In this document: positions 1 through 9,150 of the stretch, piece after piece
Layout of the letters: every line of letters begins with the position of its first letter
How positions within the stretch are numbered: position 1 is the first letter of the stretch
NCBI GenBank assembly: GCA_036679645.1
Contig: JAZDCY010000041.1
Location: 134 to 64,133, forward strand
DNA from: Gemmatimonadota bacterium
GTDB taxonomy: Bacteria > Gemmatimonadota > Gemmatimonadetes > Gemmatimonadales > GWC2-71-9
DNA length: 64,000 nucleotides
Direction of reading: 5' to 3'
Position numbers and translations under genes: made by a program
The notes under the pieces: model-generated
What the model was told of the DNA's origin: nothing
Database searches by the model: none
Seen by the model: only the letters and a program-made list of their open reading frames with translations

Positions 1-938
1 CTGGCGTCGGTACCGCCGCCAAGAACCTTCGTCGCTACTCGGTCGGGGTAGTACTCCCCCACGCCGGGCCGTAGCCCGAGGTTCCCGTAGAGGATGTTCG
101 ACTGTTCGGAGCCGGGACGATGGATCAGGAGGATCTCAGTCGCGGTGGGCGATGGCGGCGACCCGTACGAGCGCGCCGGTACGCTGCCGGACCATGCGCC
201 CAAGAACTCCTCGGCCGTGCGCCGTGCCTCATCGAGCGTGAGGTCGCCCGCGATCACGAGGAGGGACCCCTCGGGTTTCAGCTGGTCGCTCGCGAATTGC
301 CGCACGGATTCCGCGGTGATCGCCTGGATCGATGCCTCGGTTTCCCGGAGACCATAGGGGTGGTCGCCATACAACGATCGGGCAAAGTAGCGCTGCGCAA
401 TAGCGGCGGGATCGGATCGTTCGAGCCGCAAACCCGACAACGACCTGGTGCGCGCCAGCTCCAACTCGGACTCAGGATATGTGGCGTTCAGCAGCACATC
501 GCTCATCAGCGTGAACGCGAGGTCCGTGTGGTCCGTCAGTACCGTGGACGAGATCGTGAAGAAATCGTTGCCGGCACCGGCGTTGAGCGAGCCACCCACA
601 CCCTCGATCTGCTCCGCGATCTCCTCGGCCGAGCGGGTCGCGGTGCCCTTGGTCATCAACTCCGCCACCATACCGGCCAGCCCGCGCTGACCCGGTGGCT
701 CATTCACTGCCCCCGTGGGAATCGTGAGCGAAACGCTGACGATAGGGAGATCGTGATCTTCCACCAGTATGATCTCGAGCCCATTGGGGAGCGTCGCCTG
801 ATGAAATGCCGGGAATTGCAGCGGATTCAGCGGCATGGGCGGAGGCGGATCGGTGGGGTACTGTGCGAATGCCGAACCCGCTCCGAGAATCGTCAAAGCG
901 AGCGTCGCGAGAACGCCGCGCAGGAAGTGCCTGGTCAT
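1..938 (-). CDS. M16-family peptidase-like protein, non-catalytic type (3' end runs off window)
   Basis: Own translation of the minus strand from ATG 938-936: MTRHFLRGVLATLALTILGAGSAFAQ (signal peptide) ...LPNGLEIILVEDHDLPIVSVSL... GLAGMVAELMTKGT sits where the HxxEH zinc motif would be. ATGA overlap with the stop of the upstream peptidase gene (935-937). Absent from the ORF track because it leaves the window. Confidence 0.7.
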   Translation of the reverse strand, partial: MTRHFLRGVLATLALTILGAGSAFAQYPTDPPPPMPLNPLQFPAFHQATLPNGLEIILVEDHDLPIVSVSLTIPTGAVNEPPGQRGLAGMVAELMTKGTATRSAEEIAEQIEGVGGSLNAGAGNDFFTISSTVLTDHTDLAFTLMSDVLLNATYPESELELARTRSLSGLRLERSDPAAIAQRYFARSLYGDHPYGLRETEASIQAITAESVRQFASDQLKPEGSLLVIAGDLTLDEARRTAEEFLGAWSGSVPARSYGSPPSPTATEILLIHRPGSEQSNILYGNLGLRPGVGEYYPDRVATKVLGGGTDA

Positions 939-2249
939 GGCTGCACCGCCGTTTCTTGCTTTGGAACGACGACGAGCACGACGCTGTTCGCAGGTGCGAG
1001 GTACCGCGCCGCAACTCGCCGAATGTCATCGATCGTAACGCTCATGTACCGGTCGAGATCCGTATTGATCTCATCGACGGAATCGTGGAAGTGCACGAAG
1101 TGCTGGATCTCCTCGGCGATCGCCATGCCGGTCTGTCGGCCGAAGATGTCGCTCGCACGGAAGGCATTGCGCGCCTTCTCGAGTTCCTCCGCCGTCACAC
1201 CCTCGTCGATGATGCGTGCGACCTCCGCACGGAGCGCCGCCTCGAGCGTGTCCGGCGTCATGCCCTGATTGGCAATCGCGAACGTGATGAACTGGCCCGG
1301 GCCGCGTCGTGAGAAGTTGATCGTGCCCGAACCGAGCGCGATCTGCTGATCCCGCACCAGCGATCGATTGAGCCGCGAGCTTTCGCCCTCACCCAGAATG
1401 GTGGACAGCAGCGTGAGCGCGGGCGTGTCTTCAGCCCTGTGCTCCGGCGCGAGAAACGTGATCAGCACCGCCGGCAGGTTGGCCAGCTTGTCCTCCCACA
1501 CTCGGCGCTCCCCGCCCGCTGCACCGATCTCGTACTCACAGTCGATTGGATCCGTGTCTTCCGCACCAGGGATGTTACCGAAGTACTGGTCGATGAGGTC
1601 CTTTGCCTGCCCGGGTTCGAAGTCACCAACCACGGTCAGTGTCGCGTTATTCGGCGCATAATACCGATCGAAGAACGCCTGCACGTCCGCGGTCTGCGCG
1701 GCATTCAGATCGTCCATCGAGCCAATGACCGTGTGCGAGTACGGAAAGCAATAGGTGGAGTCGAACAAGAGGGTCAGCCCATCGGAGAAGGCGCGCCCGT
1801 AGGGTTGGTTGTCGACCGTTCTCGTCCGTAATAGCTAGCGAACGCATCCGGTCGGCCTCGAGCCAGAGACCCAAGTTCAAGCGATTGGAGGGGAGCACCT
1901 CGAAGTAATTGGTGCGGCCCTCGTTGGTCGTCCCATTCATGTTCCCACCGGCCCGCTCGATGAGCTGGAAGTGCTCGCCCTTGCCTACGTTTGCCGACCC
2001 CTGGAACATCATGTGCTCGAAGAGATGCGCGAATCCGGACCGGCCCGTCCGCTCGTTACGCGAGCCGACGTTGTACCAGACGTTGACCGTAACCACCGGC
2101 ACATCATGATTCTCGACCAGAAACACCGTGAGCCCGTTTTCGAGCGCATAGCGCTCGTAGTCGATTGGGCTCTGCGCGCCAAGGGCCCCCGCGCTCATCG
2201 CGAGCCCCCCGGCGAGCAACATCAGCCTTCGCATACCGTCTCCTCGCAT
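935..2249 (-). pseudogene. M16 (pitrilysin/insulinase) zinc peptidase, catalytic type, split by a frame change near 1817
   Basis: ORF 1647-2249 has a signal peptide plus GFAHLFEHMMFQGS (HxxEH) and LEADRMRSLAITDEN. The family continuation VDNQPYGRAF...FDSTYCFPYSHTVIGSMDDL...YYAPNNATLTVVGDF is in another frame (ORF 935-1768). Either a true pseudogene or an assembly error. Confidence 0.65.
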
Positions 2250-2287
2250 TGAATGGAATCCCGTCTCACACTGCTCCGGACCATCGA

Positions 2288-3127
2288 TCAGGGCCCGGTC
2301 TTCTGCTGGAACAAGGTACCCAATTTTCGGGCTATCGGTCCCGGGACGCCGCCCCCGACTGGGCGACTATCGATCGAAATAATCGGCATGACCTCGAGCG
2401 TGGTCCCGGCCAGGAACAGCTCGTCCGCCTCACCCAGCTCGTCCAGCAACACCGGGATCTCCCGCGCCGGCATACCCTCCTCTCCGCAGATACGAAGGAC
2501 CACGGCCCGGGTAATCGACGGTAGGATGTAGTTCGTCGCCGGCGCGGTGCGAACCTCTCCGCCGAACACCGCAAAGAAGCTGCTCGCCGTCGCCTCCAGC
2601 GCAACCCCGTCACGCACGAAAATGGCCTCGATGGCCCCCGCCTCGCGGGCGCGCTGATTGGCCAAACAGTTGGGAAGCAGGGCCACCGACTTGATGTCAC
2701 AGCGGGCCCAGCGGACATCCGGTACCGTGATTACCGACACGCCCACCGCCGGGTCGGCGCGCTGTGCGAACCGACGCGGCTCGGCGTAGACGGTCGGCGG
2801 CACCTCCGGGTCGGGAAAAGCGTGGACGCGCGACGCCGCCCCCCGCGTGATCTGCACGTATACGGTCGCGTCGCCCGATGCCAGGTCATTCACCTCGAGC
2901 AACCGGGAAATCACCCCGCGCAGCGCCGGGATATCCACGCCCGTGATCCGGACCGCTTCGAGGCCACACGAGAGCCGGTCCATATGCGCGTCGAGCTCGA
3001 AGAGCCGTCCCTCGTAGCTCCGTACGACCTCGTACAGCCCGTCCGCAAAGAGAAACCCGCGATCGTCGGGCGAGATCCGCACCTCGTCCTTGGGGAGAAA
3101 AGCACCGTTGAAGTAGACGGTCGTCAT
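2288..3127 (-). CDS. PLP fold-type IV aminotransferase (D-amino-acid / branched-chain aminotransferase family)
   Basis: MTTVYFNGAFLPKDEVRISPDDRGFLFADGLYEVVRSYEGRLFELDAHMDRL... is typical of class IV aminotransferases. Start trimmed to the internal ATG at 3127; the longer ORF to 3211 would overlap the upstream gene. Confidence 0.85.
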   Translation of the reverse strand: MTTVYFNGAFLPKDEVRISPDDRGFLFADGLYEVVRSYEGRLFELDAHMDRLSCGLEAVRITGVDIPALRGVISRLLEVNDLASGDATVYVQITRGAASRVHAFPDPEVPPTVYAEPRRFAQRADPAVGVSVITVPDVRWARCDIKSVALLPNCLANQRAREAGAIEAIFVRDGVALEATASSFFAVFGGEVRTAPATNYILPSITRAVVLRICGEEGMPAREIPVLLDELGEADELFLAGTTLEVMPIISIDSRPVGGGVPGPIARKLGTLFQQKTGP

Positions 3128-3131
3128 GCGA

Positions 3132-3803
3132 TCACATCCATGCCTTGTGTCCGCGAGTGTGCGGCGTTCCCGTCGGGGGGTGAGACCGGAGGTACTCGCG
3201 ATACTGGGCACGCAACCGACGATAGCGCGTGTCGCTCGTGGGCAACGGTCTATGCGCGCAGTCTATGAGGTGTTGTTCCACTTTCCACACGTTGCGATCC
3301 GATCGGCGCCAATCGCAGCGCGTGAGTTCCCCAAGATCGATCAGAGCATATGCGACGATGCGCGCGTTCAGATCGATGTACGGCTCGTAGTAACTCATCG
3401 CGAGCGCCCGCACCGAACGGAACACCGCACGTCGACCGAACAGTCCCTCATCCCGCGATCCTCCCACCGCGCCCCAGCGGCCGCGAGCCCGATAGGCCAT
3501 GACCACATGGTCGAGCCGATCCCGCGATTCGAGATCGAGCAGCAGGGGAGGGAATCCGTGGTGCTCCATGATGGCCGCGGCCGCGATCGCCGCCTCGAGA
3601 CAGTGTACCGTGTCGTGCTGTACGACGCCGCGAAACGACCGCAACGTCTTTCCCCCTCGCTCCCAATTGTACGGCAGCCCGCCGATCCAGCGTTGGACGG
3701 CGCGTGGCGTGCGGTACGTCGCAATGATACGCCGCTCAGCCCGACCGTACCCGCTGTCATCGACCGGCAAACGCCGCCCACGCCAGCAGTGCCCACCCGG
3801 CAA
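3132..3803 (-). CDS. hypothetical protein, possible papain-like Cys/His fold
   Basis: 223-aa ORF. TVHCLEAAIAAAAIMEHHGFPPLLLDL...DHVVMAY suggests a Cys...His dyad. Sits 4 nt upstream of the aminotransferase start. The 5' end overlaps the DUF423 gene by 47 nt, so the true start is uncertain. Confidence 0.45.
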   Translation of the reverse strand: MPGGHCWRGRRLPVDDSGYGRAERRIIATYRTPRAVQRWIGGLPYNWERGGKTLRSFRGVVQHDTVHCLEAAIAAAAIMEHHGFPPLLLDLESRDRLDHVVMAYRARGRWGAVGGSRDEGLFGRRAVFRSVRALAMSYYEPYIDLNARIVAYALIDLGELTRCDWRRSDRNVWKVEQHLIDCAHRPLPTSDTRYRRLRAQYREYLRSHPPTGTPHTRGHKAWM

Positions 3804-4140
3804 GCCACGCGACCCCGCCGATCGGCGTTACCGCCCCCCACGCACGCACGCCGGTAAGGGCCAGCGCGTAGAGCGAGCCCGAGAAAAGCACCGTCCCCAC
3901 CACGAACAGCCAGCCGGCCCACTGTGTTTGAGGTACTGCCCCCGTCCATCGGCCGGCGGCCCAGGCCACCACGAACAGCGCGAGCGCGTGATACATCTGG
4001 TACCGGGCGCCCGTCTCGAACGTGGCCAGCAGGTCGGCGCCCAGACGCTCGCGCAGCGCGTGCGCACCGAACGCACCCGCCGCAACCGCGCTTAACGCCG
4101 ACAGCGCGCCGATGCCGGCGAACAGACGTTCCGAGGTCAT
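3757..4140 (-). CDS. DUF423-family small membrane protein
   Basis: 127 aa with four hydrophobic helices. GAFGAHAL...YQMYHALALF...GSLY pattern is typical of DUF423/YgdD-like proteins. ATGA overlap with the upstream stop at 4137-4140. Confidence 0.75.
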   Translation of the reverse strand: MTSERLFAGIGALSALSAVAAGAFGAHALRERLGADLLATFETGARYQMYHALALFVVAWAAGRWTGAVPQTQWAGWLFVVGTVLFSGSLYALALTGVRAWGAVTPIGGVAWLAGWALLAWAAFAGR

Positions 4141-4550
4141 GTCTCGTCTGCCTCGGCTGTGAGCACGCGCCGCGCCCGGTCCGCATGCTCGCTCCGCACA
4201 AACACATGTAGGCTGTGCCGTCCCCCTGCTGACCGGGTCAGGTACGGAATGCCCACGCCGTCCAGACGCTTGATCGTGCCATCGGCATCTTCGGCCGTGG
4301 CGGTGCTGGCGACCAACACCGCCCGCGCGCGCTCCTCCTCCGGTCCAGGATCGCTCCCGTCCAGCAGCTCTCGCGCCTCCCCTACGTCATCTTCGCGAAC
4401 GAAAATCGTTGCCCCAGGCCCAAGCGGGCCGTGCAACATGCCCTCCGCCGACTGGATGACGTACGGAATCTCGCCGGCGAGCAGCAATCCCGCAGCCACC
4501 TCGGCTTCCATGCGGGTGCGGAAGTTCGCTATCGGGACAGTGTCAGACAT
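4137..4550 (-). CDS. hypothetical protein (DUF2007-like putative signal-transducing fold, two copies)
   Basis: 137-aa ORF. IANFRTRMEAEVAAGLLLAGEIPYVI and a second similar half (DGTIKRLDGVGIPYLTRS). Start codon directly abuts the transporter stop (TGA-ATG at 4548-4553). Confidence 0.5.
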   Translation of the reverse strand: MSDTVPIANFRTRMEAEVAAGLLLAGEIPYVIQSAEGMLHGPLGPGATIFVREDDVGEARELLDGSDPGPEEERARAVLVASTATAEDADGTIKRLDGVGIPYLTRSAGGRHSLHVFVRSEHADRARRVLTAEADET

Positions 4551-5984
4551 TCACCCATACCAGATCCATACTACCAACGTAATCACCACGACGGCCATCC
4601 CGTTGAGGACCGTGCCTGCTCGGGCCATCTCCGCGGGGCGTACCGCCCCAGAACCAAAGACGATCGCATTGGGGGGCGTGGCAACGGGGAGCATGAACGC
4701 CATTGACGATGCGAGCGCGCCCGCGACCATGAGCGGAAGGGCCGGGACTCCCAACCCGCCCGCCACGCCGGCGAGGAGTGGCATGCCGAGGGCCGCCGTC
4801 GCGGTGTTGCTCGTAAGCTCGGTGAGAGCCACGAACAGTGTGGCCGTCAGGGCAACAACCACCGGCAAGGGTACCCCTGCAAAACCCGAAAGCTGCCCAC
4901 CCACCCACGCCGACAGCCCGCTCGCCTCAAAGGCGCCCGCTAGGGCAAGCCCTCCCCCAAACAGGAGCAAGATCCCCCAGGGTATGCCACGCGCGGTCTC
5001 CCAGTCCAGCGCCACGCGATAGCGCGACCGGACAACGGGAACCGTGAGCAACACGACGGCCGCCCCGACAGCGATGCCGGCATCCGTCAGTCCCGGTATG
5101 AGATCCGCGAGCCCGGGGATACGGATCGATCCCATTACCTTGGGCGTGCGCATGATCCAGGCCAGCGCCGTCAGCACAAAGACGATGAAGACGAACCGGT
5201 CACCGTATTGAAGGGCGGAATGGCGGGAAGGCGGGAGGGCGGGAGGAAGCTCCGCCACATCGCCTTCCGCCTTCACGTCGAACATCTTCACGAGCACAAA
5301 CCAGCAGCCAATGAGCATTGGTACGGCGACGCTGAGCCCTATGGGCAACCAGCTCGCAAAGGTGATCTCTTCGGAGATCAACTCCTGCGCGGTCGCAGCG
5401 AGGATGGCGTTCGGCGGCGTACCGATCAACGTCGCCACACCTCCGATCGACGCTCCGTATGCAACCGCGAGAAACAGCGCGGTGGCGAACCCGGTCTCAG
5501 CCTTACCGCCTTCCCGCCCTCCCGCCTTCCCACCTACGGCCATCGCGATCGGGAGCATCATCACCGCCGTCGCCGTATTGGAGATCCACATGCTGGCGAA
5601 CGCCGAGAAGAGCAGAAAACCGAGGATGATGCGGCGCGGCTCCGTTCCGACCACCCGCAACGTGGCCAGGGCAAAGCGGCGGTGCAGCTCCCATCGCTCC
5701 ATCGTTGCGGCGATCAGGAAGCCACCGAGAAACAGGAAGATGATGGGATCCGCATAACGAGCTGCGATGTCGCCAATTCCCGATACGCCGACGATGGGCA
5801 GCGTGACCAACGGGAGAAGGGCGGTGGCGGGGAGGGGAACGACCGCAGAGAGCCACCACGTCGCCATCCAGGTGGCGAGGCCCGCGACTCGCCATGCGGG
5901 ACCGGAGAGACCGAGGGGCGTCGGCGCCAGTACGGTCACCGCAAACGCGATCGGCCCGAGCAAGAGCGCCAGACGCCGGGTCAC
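4551..5984 (-). CDS. DASS/SLC13-family anion:sodium symporter
   Basis: 477 aa, polytopic. ...WWLSAVVPLPATALLPLV..., NTATAVMMLPIA and SNTATAALGMPLL hairpin-like motifs are characteristic of DASS transporters. GTG start overlaps the upstream stop (GTGA). Confidence 0.85.
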   Translation of the reverse strand: MTRRLALLLGPIAFAVTVLAPTPLGLSGPAWRVAGLATWMATWWLSAVVPLPATALLPLVTLPIVGVSGIGDIAARYADPIIFLFLGGFLIAATMERWELHRRFALATLRVVGTEPRRIILGFLLFSAFASMWISNTATAVMMLPIAMAVGGKAGGREGGKAETGFATALFLAVAYGASIGGVATLIGTPPNAILAATAQELISEEITFASWLPIGLSVAVPMLIGCWFVLVKMFDVKAEGDVAELPPALPPSRHSALQYGDRFVFIVFVLTALAWIMRTPKVMGSIRIPGLADLIPGLTDAGIAVGAAVVLLTVPVVRSRYRVALDWETARGIPWGILLLFGGGLALAGAFEASGLSAWVGGQLSGFAGVPLPVVVALTATLFVALTELTSNTATAALGMPLLAGVAGGLGVPALPLMVAGALASSMAFMLPVATPPNAIVFGSGAVRPAEMARAGTVLNGMAVVVITLVVWIWYG

Positions 5985-6862
5985 CGCTGGGGAATCAGGG
6001 CCAGTGGCGTCGTGCGCGTGATCTTGGTCTTGAGCTCGTCACTCAACGGAAGCGCCATGAACTGATCGAGGTTGTGCCGCAGGTCGTGCACACCGGGACT
6101 CGGCCAATCGGTACCCCATACGACGCGATCCCCTATCTCCTCGAGTCGGGGGAAGTACTCCAGCAACCGCTTGGGCGGAATCCCGGAGATCTCGAGATAG
6201 ATGTGCCGATGCCGTCGCAGAAGGAAGAATGCCTCGTCCATCCACAGCGGTCGTCCGCCGTGCGCCATGATGAGTGTGAGATCAGGGAAATCCAGCGCGA
6301 CGTCGTCCAGCTCCATCGGCCGGCCGAACTTGCACCGGGCTCCCGGGAAAATGCTGGTTCCCGTGTGGACCGTGACCGGGAGTCCCCGCTCTTCACAGCG
6401 ACGGTAGATCCGGCCCAGCGCATCGAGACCAGTCGTGTACGCGTTGGCGGGAAACAGCTGGTGTGGCGGATGGATCTTGAGGATCCGTGTACCGAGCTGC
6501 AGCAGCTCCTCGACCTGCCCCTCGGGATCCTTGGTGAAGCGCGGGTGCACGCCACCGTAAGGGATCAGTCGATCGGGAGCCGCGCTTGCATACTTCGCCG
6601 CAAAGGCATTGGTCTCGTCGGTGAAGCCCATCACGTCCGGGCTGGGATAGTTCACCAGACCGGTACGCCAGATCCCGCTTTCGTCCATGATCTCCAGCAG
6701 GGCCGAGGGATCGTCCATGAGTTGCAGCAGACGATCCCAATGCTTCTCCTTGCCCTGACGCATGGCCTTGGCAACGTTCGGCTTCAACTGCTCCCAGGGC
6801 TGCACGTGGATGTGGAGGTCGGTGACCCCTACCCCTACCGCCACCGCCGGTACATCGGTCAT
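5981..6862 (-). CDS. metal-dependent TIM-barrel hydrolase (amidohydrolase_2 family)
   Basis: VTDLHIHVQP... HTGTS... IMAHGGRPLW... VVWGTDWPSPG are motifs typical of the amidohydrolase 2 / ACMSD-like family. ATGA overlap at 6859-6862. Confidence 0.8.
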   Translation of the reverse strand: MTDVPAVAVGVGVTDLHIHVQPWEQLKPNVAKAMRQGKEKHWDRLLQLMDDPSALLEIMDESGIWRTGLVNYPSPDVMGFTDETNAFAAKYASAAPDRLIPYGGVHPRFTKDPEGQVEELLQLGTRILKIHPPHQLFPANAYTTGLDALGRIYRRCEERGLPVTVHTGTSIFPGARCKFGRPMELDDVALDFPDLTLIMAHGGRPLWMDEAFFLLRRHRHIYLEISGIPPKRLLEYFPRLEEIGDRVVWGTDWPSPGVHDLRHNLDQFMALPLSDELKTKITRTTPLALIPQR

Positions 6863-7638
6863 GTGCCCTTGAAGTCGGGTTTCCGCTTCTCGAGAAACGC
6901 CCTGACCCCTTCTTTCATGTCATCCGACGAGAACGCCAGCCCAAATAGCGTGCGCTCGTGTTGCAGGCCTTCGTCCATCGGCGACCGGACGCTCGCGCGC
7001 ACGGCCTCCTTAATGAGCCGGAGCGCCACGGGGCTCTTGGATGCAATGGCCTCGGCGATCTCGCGCACGCGCGTCATGAGCTGGTCGGGCTCCGCGACCT
7101 CATCGACCAGCCCAATGCGTAACGCCTCGTCTGCTCTGATCATGTCTCCGGTGTAGAGCAGCTTGTACGCGGTCCCCAAGCCGACGAGCCGCGGCAGGCG
7201 CTGCGTTCCGCCGCCTCCCGGGAGTAGGCCCAGGTTCACCTCCGGCTGCCCCAGCTTCGCCTTGGCGGAAGCGATGCGGATATCGCACGCCATCGCCAAC
7301 TCACAGCCCCCGCCAAGACAGAACCCGTTGATGGCCGCAATGACTGGCTTGGGGAACGCCTCCATGGCATCGAACACGTTCACACCGGTCATGATCTGGA
7401 ACTGATCGAAAGGCGTGCGGCCGTCGAAATCGGCGATGTCGGCGCCCGCAATGAACGCCTTCTCGCCGGCACCGGTCAGGATGACGACGCGCACGTCGTC
7501 GCTGGTCGCGAGATCACGCAGGTGGTCCAGCAGTTCCGCGCGGATGGTCTCGCTCAGCGCGTTCAGCTTGTCTGGACGGTTGATCGTGAGAGTGGCGACA
7601 CCCCCAGCGATTTCTTTCAGGACTTGTTGGTCGGCCAT
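6859..7638 (-). CDS. enoyl-CoA hydratase/isomerase (crotonase) family protein
   Basis: [72 protein letters not shown]. Confidence 0.9.
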   Translation of the reverse strand: MADQQVLKEIAGGVATLTINRPDKLNALSETIRAELLDHLRDLATSDDVRVVILTGAGEKAFIAGADIADFDGRTPFDQFQIMTGVNVFDAMEAFPKPVIAAINGFCLGGGCELAMACDIRIASAKAKLGQPEVNLGLLPGGGGTQRLPRLVGLGTAYKLLYTGDMIRADEALRIGLVDEVAEPDQLMTRVREIAEAIASKSPVALRLIKEAVRASVRSPMDEGLQHERTLFGLAFSSDDMKEGVRAFLEKRKPDFKGT

Positions 7639-8474
7639 TCGTAGAATCCTTTGCCTGTTTTTTTCCCCAGTTCGCCCGCGGCGACCTTGCGCTGCAAGAT
7701 CGCGGGCGGGGCATAGTGCGGGTCACCGAACTCACCGTGCAGGTACTCCGCAATCGCGAGCCGCACGTCCAAGCCTACGAGATCGCTCACACGCAGCGGT
7801 CCCATGGGGTGCCCGTAACCCAACTCCAACGCCTTGTCGATATCCTCCGGCCTCGCGACGCCCTGTTCCACCATCCGCATGGCCTCGAGACCGAGCACCA
7901 CTCCCAGTCGCGAGGAGGCGAAGCCTGGCACGTCTTGTACAACGATGGGCTCCTTGCCCATTGCACGTGCTACCGCGAGCACGCGTTCCACGTGGCTCTC
8001 GCCCGCCGCGTCGTGTCGCACGACCTCGACGAGCTTCATGATGTGCACCGGGTTGAAGAAATGCATCCCTACGACGCGGGACGGGTCGTCGACAGCCGAA
8101 GCAATGCGCGACACGGACAGCGACGACGTATTCGTCGCGATCGTGGCCTCCGCCGGCGCCGCGACCGTGATGCTTGCGAACAGCGCCTGCTTGACGCCGA
8201 GGTCCTCGACGACCGCCTCGATCACCAGATCCGCATCTGCCACGGCTTCCGCAATGTCTGCCGCTGTCGTTATACGCGCCAACGCCGCAGCGGCATCATC
8301 TGCCGCCAGCTTACCGCGGCGCACCCCGCCATCGAGGTTCGCCTCAATACGCTTCATGGCGGGCGCCAACGCGTCCTCCCGCGCATCGGTGATGCGTGTG
8401 TCGTACCCCGCGAGGGCCGCAACCTGTGCGATCCCGTGTCCCATGGTTCCCGCCCCGATCACCGCGACACGCAT
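7617..8474 (-). CDS. 3-hydroxyacyl-CoA (3-hydroxybutyryl-CoA) dehydrogenase
   Basis: MRVAVIGAGTMGHGIAQV Rossmann start, NTSSLSV, HFFNPVHIMKLVEV, and a C-terminal 3HCDH domain. Start trimmed to ATG 8474, which overlaps the upstream stop by 1 nt (TGATG). PaaH-like by context. Confidence 0.9.
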   Translation of the reverse strand: MRVAVIGAGTMGHGIAQVAALAGYDTRITDAREDALAPAMKRIEANLDGGVRRGKLAADDAAAALARITTAADIAEAVADADLVIEAVVEDLGVKQALFASITVAAPAEATIATNTSSLSVSRIASAVDDPSRVVGMHFFNPVHIMKLVEVVRHDAAGESHVERVLAVARAMGKEPIVVQDVPGFASSRLGVVLGLEAMRMVEQGVARPEDIDKALELGYGHPMGPLRVSDLVGLDVRLAIAEYLHGEFGDPHYAPPAILQRKVAAGELGKKTGKGFYEWPTNKS

Positions 8475-9145
8475 CAGCCGATTACCTCGCGGCCCATGTC
8501 GGGCTTGTTCGTGCAGATCCCGTCGACGCCGAGGTGCACGAGGGCCCGCATGCGATCCGGGGCATCCACGGTCCACGCAAAGAGGGCGTAGCCGGCACCG
8601 TGAACCTGAGCCGCCATCGGCACGTCAATGAGGTCTCGCTGCTGCCACAGGGTCACGGCATGAGCCTCCCCGATCTGTTGAACGGGGTCCAGCGGATATG
8701 ACGATGACAGCACGCCGCCTTTTAGATCCGCGCGCGCGGCGCAGAGCCGCTCGACAATGCGGTGATCGAACCCATGGACGTGACAGTTGTCCGGAGCCGG
8801 CCCCGCATCAATCAGTGCGACCAGGCGCTCGTCGTGGGCTGGCCGCAGCGTCTTGACCTCGATGAAGACCTGGGTCGTCTTCCCGATGGTCTCGAGCGTC
8901 TCCGCGAGCGTGGGCACGGGCTCGCCATTAGAGAGTGTGTGCGCGCTGACTTCCGCGACCTCCATGTCGCCAATGCGCCGCCCGTCGATGTCTGGATCGT
9001 GCATCACCACGAGATCACCGTCCCGCGTATCGTGCACATCCAGTTCGATCCCATCCGCTCCCATCTCAATTGCACGACGGAACGCGGCCAGAGAATTCTC
9101 GAGTTCGTAGGCGGAGGCGCCCCGGTGGGCGATGACGATCGCCAA
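8474..9145 (-). CDS. glycerophosphodiester phosphodiesterase (GDPD family)
   Basis: IAHRGASAYELENSLAAFRRAIEMGADGIELDVHDTRDGDLVVMHD. TTG at 9145 gives MAIVIAHRG 5 nt after the upstream stop. The ORF-track start at 9229 would overlap the upstream crotonase gene. Confidence 0.8.
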   Translation of the reverse strand: MAIVIAHRGASAYELENSLAAFRRAIEMGADGIELDVHDTRDGDLVVMHDPDIDGRRIGDMEVAEVSAHTLSNGEPVPTLAETLETIGKTTQVFIEVKTLRPAHDERLVALIDAGPAPDNCHVHGFDHRIVERLCAARADLKGGVLSSSYPLDPVQQIGEAHAVTLWQQRDLIDVPMAAQVHGAGYALFAWTVDAPDRMRALVHLGVDGICTNKPDMGREVIG

Positions 9146-9150
9146 GATCG

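Noticed and set aside
120-1268. 382-aa plus-strand ORF, with many similar long ORFs elsewhere: 3395-4207(-), 9172-9888(+), 25608-26852(+), 40518-41750(-), 41873-43057(-), 46416-47729(-), 48989-49939(-), 56735-57781(-), 61769-63325(-).
   Set aside because: They lie antisense to, or out of frame with, genes that have clear family signatures. Their translations are Arg/Pro/Gly/Ala-rich low-complexity strings typical of shadow ORFs in high-GC DNA. None shows a recognisable motif.
1829-1839. TAATAGCTAGC (multi-frame stops plus an NheI site) looked like an engineered stop cassette or insertion scar at the M16 gene break.
   Set aside because: On the coding (minus) strand it reads in-frame as ...R-S-L-A-I-T... 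within the conserved LEADRMRSLAITDEN block, so it is native coding sequence. The frame break is about 15 nt further on.
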